Shown in pieces: positions 12,440-24,110 of a DNA stretch of 64,000 nt. The DNA comes from Rhynchobatus australiae (taxonomy: Eukaryota), in contig JAUZTB010000068.1 in the NCBI GenBank assembly GCA_034780895.1, positions 24,686,828 through 24,750,827 on the forward strand. Direction: 5' to 3'. Position 1 is the stretch's first letter. Each line of letters starts with the position of its first letter. Both the position numbers and the translations under genes were made by a program. A model generated the notes under the pieces. That model saw only the letters and a program-made list of their open reading frames with translations. It was not told the DNA's origin and did no database searches.

Positions 12440-13520
12440 CCATCATGTTCTTTACAACTGATTGGATACAAAAATGCCTTGGTAATAGGAGGCAGAGGAT
12501 GATAGGGAAGGGTTGCTTTTTGAATTGAAAGCCTGTAACCGGTGGTGTGCCACAGGGATCAGCACTGGGTCCTTTATTATTCGTCATGTATATTAAATAT
12601 TTGGAAGAGAATGTAGGTGGCATGATTCCTAACTTTGCAGATGACACCAAAGTTGGTAGTTTCGTGAAGAAGGTCATCTAAGGTTACAACAGGATCTAGA
12701 TCAACTGGGAAAAGTGAGCAAGGGAATGGCTGATGGAACTTAACTTCTGTGAATTGATACAGTTTGGGAAGTTAAGCCAGACCAGGACAGATGCAAGCTC
12801 CCAGGGAGGGTTGTTGAACAATGAGACCTTGGAGTGCAGGTACATAGTTTGCTGATAGTGGTGACACAGGTAGACAGAGTGGTGAAAAAGGCAGATGGCT
12901 TGCTTGCCTTCATCGGCCAAGGCATTGAGTTCAAGATTGGGACACCATGTTACAGTTGTACAGATAATTGGTTAGTCTGTATTTGGAGTAGTGTGTGCAG
13001 TTCCGGTAACCAGGCGATAGAAGAAATATGATTATGTGAGAGAGGGTGCAGAAAAGCTTCATGGGAACATTGCCTGGACTGGAGGGCTTGTTCCAAGGAG
13101 AGATTGGATAGGCNNNNNNNNNNNNNNNNNNNNNNNNNNNNNNNNNNNNNNNNNNNNNNNNNNNNNNNNNNNNNNNNNNNNNNNNNNNNNNNNNNNNNNN
13201 NNNNNNNNNNNNNNNNNNNNNNNNNNNNNNNNNNNNNNNNNNNNNNNNNNNNNNNNNNNNNNNNNNNNNNNNNNNNNNNNNNNNNNNNNNNNNNNNNNNN
13301 NNNNNNNNNNNNNNNNNNNNNNNNCAGAGGAGGTGGTCAAGGCAGGTACAATTACCATGTCTGAAAGACGTTTGGAGAGGTACATGGGTAGGAACGGTTT
13401 AGAGGGATGTGAACGGAATGCAGGCAAATGGGTTTAATGCAGATAGGGGTCTTGGTCAGCATGGAGGAGTTGTGCCCAAGGGCTTATTGCTATGTTGTCT
13501 AACACTATGAATCTATGATG
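12440..13520 (+). mobile_element. CR1 LINE 3' portion nested in the minus-strand CR1
   Basis: ggtgtgccacagggatcagcactgggtcct (GVPQGSALGP) and tttgcagatgacacc (FADDT); CR1 tail to ~13520. Confidence 0.88.
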
Positions 13521-15739
13521 TCAGGCTAACTGAACTATGTTCCCCATTTTATCTCCTTTTTATTTTCAATTAGTAACATTATATTTGCTACCTTCCAATC
13601 TATGGGAATTTTTCTCAGTTCATTGGAATTTTGGAAGATGATAATCAATGTATTCAATATCTCCACATTCTGTTCTTTCTAAACTTTGGGATGCAGGTCA
13701 TCAGGTCCTAGGGATTAATTGGTTTTCAGTCCCATTAAATTTTCCAATACCATATTTTCCTTAAGGCTAACGTTTTTTGGCTCCTCATTCGATCTAAATC
13801 TGCTGCTCTTCACCATTTCCACAAGGTTTTTTTGTGTCCTCTTCTGGGAGGTCAGAAATAAAATAATAGTTTCATCACTCTGCCATTTTTGTATTCCCAT
13901 TATCATTTATCCTGACTCAATCTATAAGAAACTGCTCATCTTTTGGTTTTTACAGTTTTTATATGTTTCTTGCTAGATTAATACTGTATTTGATCTCTCC
14001 TTGTCAATTTGTTGGACTCTTTTGTTGAATCCTGAAATTTTCCCCATCCTGAGGCTTGCTGCTCATTTTGTCAACATAACTAAACTTTTCTTTTGATCCA
14101 AAACTATCTTTAACCTCTCTTGTTAGCCATGGTTCTACCACTTTTCCTGTTATTTTTCTTTGTGCTTTAAAATAAGTATTTGCGGTAATTTAATTATTAT
14201 TCTTTAAATGTTTATCGTTGCTTATACCTTTTAATGTATTTCTCAATCTATCTTAGTTTGCTCACACCTAATATCTTCATGGTTTGCCTTTAGACTTAAT
14301 AGCCAAGTTCCAGAGAAGACAAATGACTAACCAAGGCAGATAGGATACACCAAGGTTAATGGGACTCTGATACTTAGGATGAGGATATCTGGGTATGTTT
14401 GGAACTGCCAGACTCTTCTAAATCCTCTGAGCATGCAGAAGTAGCCCTCCTTTCCTTTTAAGAGGTAGCACACCCTGTGTGCTTAAATGCAAAGCAGAGA
14501 ACTCAGACCTTCAAGNNNNNNNNNNNNNNNNNNNNNNNNNNNNNNNNNNNNNNNNNNNNNNNNNNNNNNNNNNNNNNNNNNNNNNNNNNNNNNNNNNNNN
14601 NNNNNNNNNNNNNNNCACTTAAGGCTCCTTGATCACCATATTATTAATTAACATGTGCTCTTTGCACAGTACTGGATCTCATTTGTTTCTCAACATATTG
14701 ATCTAGAAAGCTGTTTCTGATTTGCCTCATGAATTTATCTTCCATATTAAAACAGCAGATTTAGTTTTCCTAGTCTATACATAGATTAAAATCCCTCATG
14801 ATCAATGTATTACACTTGTTATATCTGGCTCTATTTGCAGATTTAATTTATGCCCTACAGTAGCATTACTGTTTGGGGATCTTTCCAACCAACATTTTCC
14901 TCCTTTTGCTCTTCCTTAGCTCCATCCAAACTGATTCCACTACTTGAGTTTCTAAGCCAGGATCCTTGATCTCTGTTGCTTTAATCTCATCTTTTATTAT
15001 CAGAACCACCCCGCTTCCTTTTCCATTTTGTGCATCTCTTCCTGGAATATTAAATTCCTGATGCTTGGTCAATATTACTGCAATGGCTTTTTGATTGTGC
15101 CTATTTATTTCTATTTCTGCCATGGATTGATCTATCTTGTTATGAATGCTGTATGTGTTCACATAAAGGGCTTTTAATTATGTATTTTTATCATTTTTCT
15201 TGCTCCGACTTCCCTGCTCTCCCATCCTGGCAGACTCTGGCTATCATTACCCACTTTGCTTGTCCTCCCTCTTTAACTTTTTAAATTTCCCCTCTCCAGA
15301 ACCCACCCACTGATTATTCAGGTTAAAGTTTTATCTTCAGCCCCAGTAAAGCCTGCCCCAATGGAACAGTTTCCTCTTTCCCCATGTTGATCCAATGCCC
15401 CATGAATTATTCCCACACCAATCTTTCAGCCACACATTCAACTTTCCGATTTTGCTGATCTTATGCCACTTTATTGGTGGCTCAGGTAATAATCCAGAGT
15501 TTAACACCTTTGCAGTTCTGCTTTGTAATTCGGACCCCAGTTGCTCATACTCCTTCAACATAACCTCCTTCTTTGTACATCTGTGTCAGTGGTTTCCATA
15601 TAAACCACAACAACAGTATATTTCCCCTCCCACCAAGTCCCTCTTCAGCCCCGAAAAGATGTCCTTCACCCTGGAAATGGGCCGGCGACACGGCCTTTGA
15701 GACTCGCACATGGTGTTGCAGAGAACAGAGTGTATCCCC

Positions 15740-16186
15740 TGTCTGATCCGGTTATTTTCGAATTCGCAGGTTTCTTTCAGGAGTCTGAGAATGAGTTGAA
15801 AGCAAATTGGTGCTTCACAAAGTTTTATCGGAAAAGTTTAAAACAAAGAAAAAGTCACAGAACACGTGGCACTAGCTTTACTACTGGGAGATGAGCTGAG
15901 ACAAAGGAACTAAAAATGAGCTAAGGCTGGGGGGAATGAGAGCAAGAGAGTGATTTACAAAAAAAACACCTTTTATACCTGAGGTAAGAGGTACTCCTTA
16001 GCTAACAATAGTCTGATCAGGAAACCTATCAGATGCCTGTGGCAAAACCAACCAATGAGAAAACACATATTCACCTGATGGACAAACCAATAAGCTAAGA
16101 AGCAGCCATTCCTTGTACAGCCACTTGAGGTGTATTAAACACTGTACATGTTAAAATGAAACTACTTAAAACAGTCAAATCCAACA
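15740..16186 (-). mobile_element. Solo LTR (447 bp) with 4-bp TSD
   Basis: Starts TG (tgtctgat), ends CA (atccaaca), with cccc at 15736-15739 and 16187-16190. Minus-strand TATAAAA at 15971-15977. CR1 sequence resumes on both sides. Confidence 0.7.
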
Positions 16187-17392
16187 CCCCCTAACAAACC
16201 ATTCCCTGTTACCAATACATTCCTTTTTGTTACCTCAATTTAACTATTCCCTTGTACAGGTACTGTGATCAGTTTGATCATCCTCCTGTAGTCTCTGTTC
16301 TTGTCCACACAAGTTAAGGAATTGCACATCTTTTGGACAAGAACTAGGCTTGAGCCTCTCTCTCTACTTTCTGGATACCTAAATCTGCCACACTCACAGA
16401 TACATTCTCCTGTCACTCTTGACTTTGTGACTGCCTCCTGAAATAAAGTGCCTATGTAACTTTCCCCCTTCTTGACTCATCACAGTGTCTGAATATCAAG
16501 TTCCTGCTCATCAATTCTGACCCAACTCAAGTTGCAGACACTTTGTGAAGAAGTAGTTGCTATGGATCACCATTATCTCCCACTTAATATAGTCACAACA
16601 CATCACCTGCCCCAACATGTCCATCTTAATTTAATTTATTTAACTAATTTAATCTACTTAAATCTTTAAATATGAAGCAATACCATGGGACTTGCTGCAC
16701 CAAAATCCCTCATTCACCCAAGTCCAGAACTTGTAGACACTGCACTTGGTGGGCACTGCACATTGTGCCTTTGCAGAACCCACAGATTTATGCTCTCAGA
16801 TTCCACAGGTTCTGAGTTGACTTCTGTTAGCCAGCTCCAGCTGGGGATTACCTACTTACCTGCAGGCTAAAGGGTGGTTGGTAACTACCTTCTGCTGCTT
16901 AATTATCATAGCAAACGAGAACTGAAAGGTTAAAGAATTCTTAAACAATTAGATATTTAAAAGGAACTCAACTGCAAACACTGCCATTGGTGGGCATTGC
17001 TGGCTTTAATGTTGACTGCAACAACAAGATGGCATTGTCTAAAGGCATAATGTACCTATAACCTGGTTTCTCATTAGATGAGCACTATGAACCAGTGTTT
17101 TCATATTGACTTTCATATTGTCCCAGATGAGTTTAGAGGCAGTTAAATGCAGTCACGGTTGTAATCTAATGAATACAGCAGACAAGTTGCACACATCAAG
17201 TCCCAACAACAACAACAAAGTGGCAAAAAAACAGAATTTGGCACCAAGAGGAGATTTTCAAAGCACTAAAATGATCAAATTTAAAAATGAAGTTATTATT
17301 TATTGATTCTAGCAAAAAGATCCTCTAAACTGCCTGCAGTCTGTCCTGAACTGTTTCCAGGTTTGGACACTTTCACAGCTGCGTACACTGTC

Positions 17393-17445
17393 TCCTGCTG
17401 TCCTCTGTCCTGCTGTCCTCTGTCCTGCTGTCCTCTGTCCTGCTG
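17393..17445. repeat. 15-bp minisatellite (tcctgctgtcctctg) x3.5
   Basis: Perfect tandem copies; they give CCPLS repeats in ORF 17303. Confidence 0.95.
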
Positions 17446-17584
17446 GGAGATGGAGGCAGCTTCAGGTGGATTCTTGAAGAATCTNNNNNNNNNNNNNNNN
17501 NNNNNNNNNNNNNNNNNNNNNNNNNNNNNNNNNNNNNNNNNNNNNNNNNNNNNNNNNNNNNNNNNNNNNNNNNNNNNNNNNNNN

Positions 17585-17805
17585 CCATTCTTCTTTGAAA
17601 TTGCACCATGGGATTTTTCACATCAATGCAAGAGACCAGAGAGAACTGTAGTTGAACATCTCTTCCAAATGACAAGAGCTCTGACAGTGCAACACTCCGC
17701 CCGTAGAACACCAACGATATTCATGCTGCAGTCTCTGGAGTAGGGACTGAATCCAGAATCTTCTGGGTTAACGATAGGGATAATACTATAGCCAGAGCTG
17801 ACCTG
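17585..17805 (-). mobile_element. Old Deu-domain (SacSINE1-like) SINE
   Basis: ccatgggatttttcacatc...ctgacagtgcaacactcc...ctggagtagggactgaatcc, as in reverse-oriented DeuSINE; tail-like sequence at ~17150-17220. Confidence 0.6.
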
Positions 17806-18804
17806 CAGTAGGAGGTTTAGAGACACATGTGCAAACATATTTGTACATTTCTGCATACATGCAACATCTCTTGTGTATCACTGTACATCCATAGATGTCA
17901 TGATGGCATAAGGCAGGAGAAATGCGAGGATTTATGTCTCTGCATTAATCAAGCACTGGAGATTCTGTGTTGTAACTGACAGATGTAACCTGGTGAATGA
18001 AGTATTTTCTAAGCATATTAATTAAAATTCTCTCCACATATATATACTTTCCCATGATCAAAATGATTGATGCTCACATGTAGCTCTGTGCATCAACTAG
18101 TCCTTTATGTTAGACATGAACACAGGGTGCACAAGCTTCCAAGGCAGATTATTGCACTTGAGGAACAGAGAAACAATTAGAAATGAAGGCTGGGTCTGGG
18201 CTGCAGAGTAACATAATGGTGACAGGTTTGAAAGGTACAGCTCAGGAAACAGACAGACAGCAACTCCACCCTTGTCACCATATTTTTATTGGTAACTAAT
18301 TTGTCTGACAATTACCACAGATCCACACATAGCGTTTTGCAATGCTTACATATTCTGATTAAATGTTCATCCAGTGGAGGTTGGGCAGGAATGAGGGAGG
18401 GATAGGTATGATTGGTGAGGGTTTGGGTGGNNNNNNNNNNNNNNNNNNNNNNNNNNNNNNNNNNNNNNNNNNNNNNNNNNNNNNNNNNNNNNNNNNNNNN
18501 NNNNNNNNNNNNNNNNNNNNNNNNNNNNNNTGTTTGGTGTGGGTTTGGGTGGGGGTGGGGAAGGTGTTAGTAGAGAGAATGATAGCTGATTTTTGAAATA
18601 TTTAAAAGTAAGAAGCATTAGAGTTAACATTTTCACCCTGTATTTACTGGATTGTTTAGTCTTAGAGGAAAGATCTTGTTAATTTTGAACTGTTTTTTCC
18701 AGTGAATACTAATGGAATTCTCATCATGTTGCTCTTGCTGGGTTGTTGCCTCTTTTGTTTGCATATGCCTGCTTCTCTCCCTCTCTCTTTCTTTTGCAAC
18801 TCAG

Positions 18805-18820
18805 TGGATTGGTGCGACAG
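18805..18820 (+). other. Candidate 16-nt microexon of an unidentified host gene
   Basis: Branch-like TACTAAT at 18707-18713; no AG from 18703 to 18802; long pyrimidine tract with several TGC; cag|TGGATTGGTGCGACAG|gtaagg. Confidence 0.55.
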
Positions 18821-19364
18821 GTAAGGGAAATTTGAAAGTCAATAGATCACAGTCAAGATTGAGGGTCAGGTGTCATGGGAAAGATACAGCCAAGCTTCGA
18901 TGGGTTGTGAATAGTGGAGAAAATTGTGTCGAGGATGAAAGGAAGGGAGGAGGTAGGTCAAGGTAATTTAGCAAGAGGATGGTGAGGGCAATGGATGAGT
19001 AAGCCTGAAGGGATGGGAGTGAAGGGAAGGTCCATGAAGTCATGAGAGGAAAGAACGAAGTAGAGGCCAGAAAGAACTGTGGTGGAAAACCCAATAATGG
19101 ACAGAGGACCTGGCATGTGAAAACTCTTTCAATAGGTTTTAGATTCCTTCTCCATTTGACAATATGAGCATATAATATATGGATCACATTTCATGGAAAT
19201 ATTGAGAATAGATGAGACATTAAACTGAAGCATTATATTGTGTAGAAATTAAAGTACGTGCATTAAATCCCATTTCCAAAATATGGTTTAAATGACTTCA
19301 CCACCCCTTCAGACCTATATTGGAGTGTTAGCCTGAATGAACCTTTCAGCTTCTAAATCCTTTT

Positions 19365-19735
19365 TTATTTGGTCATTGCACATAAATGTCATTGACAAGG
19401 CCGTATTTATCATCTGCTCCAATTGCCATTTGAACTGAGTGGCTTGCTAGGCCATTTTGAAGGGCAGAAGAATTCAACCATTTCAGTGAGTACAGACAAG
19501 ACCTGGTAGGAACGAAAGATTTCTTCTCCTAAAAGAAATTAGTGAACCAGATGAGTTTTTATGATGATGCATTAGTTTCATGGGAACTGTTAATGCTATC
19601 AGCATTTCAACTTCAAAATTACTAAATTAACTGCTTTGAAATTCCTTTGCTGCCATGGTGAGATTTAAATGTGTGTCCTGATCAATACCCCGCGCCTGCA
19701 AGCTAAGTCCTTACCCAGCCAATTGCAACACCTGA
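19365..19735 (-). mobile_element. Old tRNA-derived SINE
   Basis: ttgaactgagtggcttgctaggccatttt...ttagtgaaccagatg...gctgccatggtgagattt; a short piece recurs at 56595-56625. Confidence 0.6.
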
Positions 19736-19849
19736 GTAAACTCGCTTGGAAGACCTGGAAAAATATCACAAATGAACTAATTAAATTAAATCGGTCAATA
19801 TAAAATGCAGCAATGACAACCTATGAAACTGAACAAACAATGACTAAGA

Positions 19850-21145
19850 ACATTTTTGTCTACAAGTAACAGGCAACAAAAAAGACAACGGAGAAATATG
19901 ATTCCACAGTGGTAATCAGAAGTTAAATGATTCATCAGATCAGTGTTAAAGGCCAATAAGGAAGTGATAACATGCCACATTAAAATTAATAATCAGTTTA
20001 GAGAGAGTCAACATGGATTTGTAAAAGGGAAATCATTTTTGATAAATTTGTTAGAGTTTGAAGTTTTAACTAGCAGAAAAGATAAAGTGGAACCAATTGA
20101 AGTGATGTACTTGAACTTTAGGAAGGTCTTCAATAAGTGCCATACAATAGATTATTGAACAAAATTAGAATGCATTGTATTGGGGGATAACATACAAGTG
20201 TGGTTTGAGGATTGATTAATAGACAGGAAAGAGAGGAACAAATGGAGCACTTTGGGTTGCTGTGACTAGTGGGCTTGCACTGGGATTAGTGCTGAGGCTC
20301 CAGGCATCTCTAATCTGTATCAATAACTTAGATGAGGGGATGCAAGTGTGATATGTCGAAGTTTGCTGAGGATACTAAGCTGGGTAGCAGTGAAGATATG
20401 GGAAGGATGCAGAGAGGCTTCAAGGAGATACATTCAGGCTTCATAATGAGGCACAGACATGTAATGTGGGAAAATGTCCATTCTGATAGAAAAAGTTAGA
20501 AATGCAGAGTATTTTTAAATGTTTAAAAGGTGTCAGTGTTCATTAGAACCTGGCTGTTCTTGTACACAAACCACTGAAAGTTAATGTGCCAGGTTCAGCA
20601 AGCAGCTTGGAAGGCAATTATATGTTGGCCTCATTAAATATAAGAATAAAGATGTCTTCATCCAATTGTGCACTGCACCTGAAGCACTTTATCTGGGTCT
20701 GGTCTTTATATATGGCTAGGGATATACTTACGTTAGAAGGCTCCTTACATTTGGTTCCTGGGCAGCAGATTTGATATGTGTCAAATGAAATGTATACAAC
20801 TCACCAGGGACTTGACAGGGTTGATGGATGGGTGATCTACCCTCTGTCTAGGGGGCTTAGAATCCGGAGTCTCGGAATAAGGAGACAACCATTCAGGACA
20901 AAAATGCAAACACGTTTCTTCCTCACAGGGCAATGAGAAATCTTTGAAATTCTTCACCTCAGAGGACAGGGGGCTCAGTTACTGCACATTTTCAAGACAG
21001 ATATCAATTGATACTTAGATATTGAGGGATATGGGGTGTATGCAGGAAACTGGGGCTGAGGTAGAATTTCAACAATGATCCCACTGAATCATGGAACAGG
21101 CGCCAGGAATTGAATGGCCTACTTCTACTCCTATTTCTTATCTTC
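19850..21145 (+). mobile_element. Decayed CR1 LINE (RT to 3' tail)
   Basis: ORF 19943..20158 (ESQHGFVKGKSFLINLLEF...VMYLNFRKVFNK), aagtttgctgaggatactaag (KFAEDTK) and tail tgaatggcctacttctactcctatttctta. Confidence 0.88.
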
Positions 21146-21899
21146 CGATGTGCTCATGAATTAAACCACTGTGTGTTTCTTAGTGACACTATGGTTCTAT
21201 GGTATACCTACNNNNNNNNNNNNNNNNNNNNNNNNNNNNNNNNNNNNNNNNNNNNNNNNNNNNNNNNNNNNNNNNNNNNNNNNNNNNNNNNNNNNNNNNN
21301 NNNNNNNNNNNNNNNNNNNNNNNNNNNNNNNNNNNNNNNNNNNNNNNNNNNNNNNNNNNNNNNNNNNNNNNNNNNNNNNNNNNNNNNNNNNNNNNNNNNN
21401 NNNNNNNNNNNNNNNNNNNNNNNNNNNNNNNNNNNNNNNNNNNNNNNNNNNNNNNNNNNNNNNNNNNNNNNNNNNNNNNNNNNNNNNNNNNNNNNNNNNN
21501 NNNNNNNNNNNNNNNNNNNNNNNNNNNNNNNNNNNNNNNNNNNNNNNNNNNNNNNNNNNNNNNNNNNNNNNNNNNNNNNNNNNNNNNNNNNNNNNNNNNN
21601 NNNNNNNNNNNNNNNNNNNNNNNNNNNNNNNNNNNNNNNNNNNNNNNNNNNNNNNNNNNNNNNNNNNNNNNNNNNNNNNNNNNNNNNNNNNNNNNNNNNN
21701 NNNNNNNNNGCTTCACCTTATTACTATCACAGGTTCCAGACTGTTGTCCTTCAGGTGAGATGTTAAGTGGCGTCTGTGCTTGCAGAAAGACAATAAGATC
21801 CAATAACACTATTAGGAGAAGAGCAAAACCATTCTCTCCGGAGACATAGACAACAGGTCCACTTCAACCAAAGCCACAAAACACAGATGATGAGATGGT

Positions 21900-22066
21900 A
21901 GAGAAACAAACGACTGCAGATGCTGGAATCTAGATGAAAAACATGATGATGCTGGAGGAACTCAGAAGGCCAGGCAACATCCGTGAAGAAAAGCAGGCAG
22001 TCAACATTTCGGGTCAGTCCTGAAGAAGGGATGCTGCCTGGTCTGCTGAGTTCCTCCAGCATTATC
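21900..22066. mobile_element. Penelope-terminus-derived foldback element with 14-bp TSD
   Basis: Inverted arms atgctggaggaactcag / ctgagttcctccagcat. gatgatgagatggt at 21886-21899 and 22067-22080. Confidence 0.8.
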
Positions 22067-22689
22067 GATGATGAGATGGTTATCATTTTGCTGTTTTGTT
22101 CAATTTAGCAGCTATATTTTCTATTTTGCCAAAATGAATATACTTAAAAGTGCTTTACTGGTTATGAAATGCTTTAAGAAAGTCTGTACTCATGAAAGTT
22201 GAAACATAAATGCAAGTCCTTTTCATGGTGGTGGAATAACAAAGCACTCCAAAATCACACCTTGCTGTTCAGTTTTATCAACAATACATTTAAACCTTTA
22301 TTTGGGCCATCAATTTCAATTTTGCCAGCTCTTACAGCGCAATGATTTTGTTAAATTATTATGGTATTTGGACATTAATTTCTTCATTAGTGTATTANNN
22401 NNNNNNNNNNNATAATTCTAATTATTTAGTTTTTGAGTGAAAAGATTACTCAAAACATTGAAGGATTGAATAAGATAGACAATTTTCATCAAAAGTCATT
22501 ATCCATGATCGCTTTTCTAGCTTTTCTCCTCTCTCTCCTCATCCTCTTTACTGAGTTATCCATAAACCTTCTTCTGCTTCATTGACCCATTACTAATATG
22601 AGTCTGATCATCCAACTTTAGTTCTTTGCCCTATGCTTATGTATTGTTCTGTCTCTACAAACGACACTACCTGTTCTATTCCCTTCAGG

Positions 22690-23030
22690 AACCCAAGAAA
22701 GATGAGCAGGAGTTGACCACTCGGCCCCTCTAGCCCAGTCCACCATTCAATATGATCACACTGATCTGCCCCAGGCTTCATCTCCTCTTCTGTGCCAGTA
22801 TCACATAGCCCTCAATTTCTTGATCTTTCAAAAATTTATCTACCTCCTCTTTAAATACCTCGAGTGATCAAGCTTCCACAGCCCTCCAGGGTAGAAAATT
22901 CCAGCGATTACCCACCATCTGGAAGAAATTCCTACAAAGCTGAGTCTTAAATGATTGCCTCTTTATCTTGTAAGTACGTCTTCTCATTCATGATGCTTCC
23001 ACTAGCGGAAACCTCTCAACATTTTCCTTT
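22690..23030 (-). mobile_element. CR1 3' end fragment
   Basis: Reverse-complement CR1 tail (gagcaggagttgaccactcggcccctc...ccattcaatatgatca...agaaattcc). Confidence 0.75.
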
Positions 23031-23199
23031 CCTGGAGAGGAAATTAGCGCTGGTTGGGTGTTGGATATGGTGGGAGGCTCCAGGGTGATCCTACTGCTGT
23101 AGAATAGTAGTACCTGTGACCCTTCTCACTCTGCAGAAGAAAGTTGCACTGAGAAAAGATTCCATACTTCCTTTTATGAGAATCCAAGTTGAGAGCTAA

Positions 23200-23640
23200 T
23201 GGATCATGAGCAGGGTAGGATTTTGCAACAGGAGATAGATAGGTTGAAGAGGTTTGAGAGATTGTGGCAAACACTGTGCAAATGGAGTTTAACATGGGAA
23301 AGTGCAAAGTCATGCACAATGGTAGGGAAAATCAAAAGGCAGACTAGTAAAGGGAGAGAGACTGCAAATGAATGGATCTCGGTGTTCTTGTGCATGAAAG
23401 ACAAGTTAGTGTGCAAGTGCAGCAAGTAACCGAGAAGGCAGATGGCATTTGGAAGGGGGGGGGAATTGAAATTTAAAAATAGAGAAGTATTGTCAAAATT
23501 GTCCTGGGTGTTGGTGAAGCTGCATCTGGAGTGCTGTGCAGAGTTTTGATCCTCTTATTTAAGAAAGGATGTACCAGCATTGGAGACAGTCCAGAGAAAA
23601 AAAAATCACTGAGCTAATTCTGTGGCTGAGAGATTTGTTC
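23200..23640 (+). mobile_element. Decayed CR1 RT C-terminal fragment
   Basis: LQQEIDRL...; caaatggagtttaacatgggaaagtgc; gcatctggagtgctgtgcagagttttg. Confidence 0.7.
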
Positions 23641-24014
23641 GTGCGTTTGCGTGTGCAAACGAGGAGAATTAAGAAAATCTTATATTTCACTTCATTGACA
23701 ACAAAACAGAAAAGGATTTTGTTGAAAAATTCTTGTATATGGGGGGAGGAAATGTTTCAAAGCAATTCTGTTTCTACTTCCATGCTATGATACTACTTGC
23801 TGTACTCCATAGCAACACAGACTGCAATGAGAAGCAGGCAATGCAATGATTAAAAATAGAGCCATTTCTTCCAACATGTATTACTTAAGCAGACAAATAA
23901 CAGAGATAGAAGATTTTTTTGGTGATGATTCTTTTTGTTGTATTATTCCTTTAGACAATAATAGCAAAAAGGATGACCATAAGAGACTACAGGCCGACAG
24001 AGGTAGGGCTAGAC

Positions 24015-24110
24015 GGGTAGGCATTGTAGTGCAGTGATTAGCGTAACGCTGTTACAGCGCCAGCGACCCAGGTTCAATTCTGGCTGCTGTCTTTAAGGAG
24101 TTTGTACGTT
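24015..24110 (+). mobile_element. SINE 5' tRNA-like head (3'-truncated)
   Basis: A-box-like tagtgcagtgattag and B-box ggttcaattc; same family as the reverse SINE at 61357-61555. Confidence 0.75.

Larger units (their letters stand above)
11195..16850 (-). mobile_element. Near-full-length old CR1 (5'UTR, ORF1 esterase, APE, RT, 3' tail), interrupted by nested inserts
   Basis: ORF 15337..15561(-) (ELQSRTAKVLNSGLLPEP..LNVWLKDWC) is an SGNH-esterase-type ORF1. ORF 14866..15162(-) is the APE N-terminus (NGKGSGVVLIIKD..VESVWMELR). RT relics at 13520-13900 and 11700-12390, tail near 11200. Confidence 0.85.

Noticed and set aside
16860-16921. Minus-strand 62-nt exon-like unit (tttcag|...cag|gtaagt; one open frame FSFAMIIKQQKVVTNHPLAC)
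   Set aside because: It sits at the 5' end of the minus-strand CR1 and may be part of its UTR. The peptide is not recognised and there are no partner exons.
18850-19110. Purine-rich stretch just downstream of the microexon candidate
   Set aside because: Only faint resemblance to a minus-strand retroelement RT (FMDLPFTPIP); too decayed to call.
24015-24110. Possible tRNA gene
   Set aside because: A and B boxes are followed by SINE body sequence; no cloverleaf.
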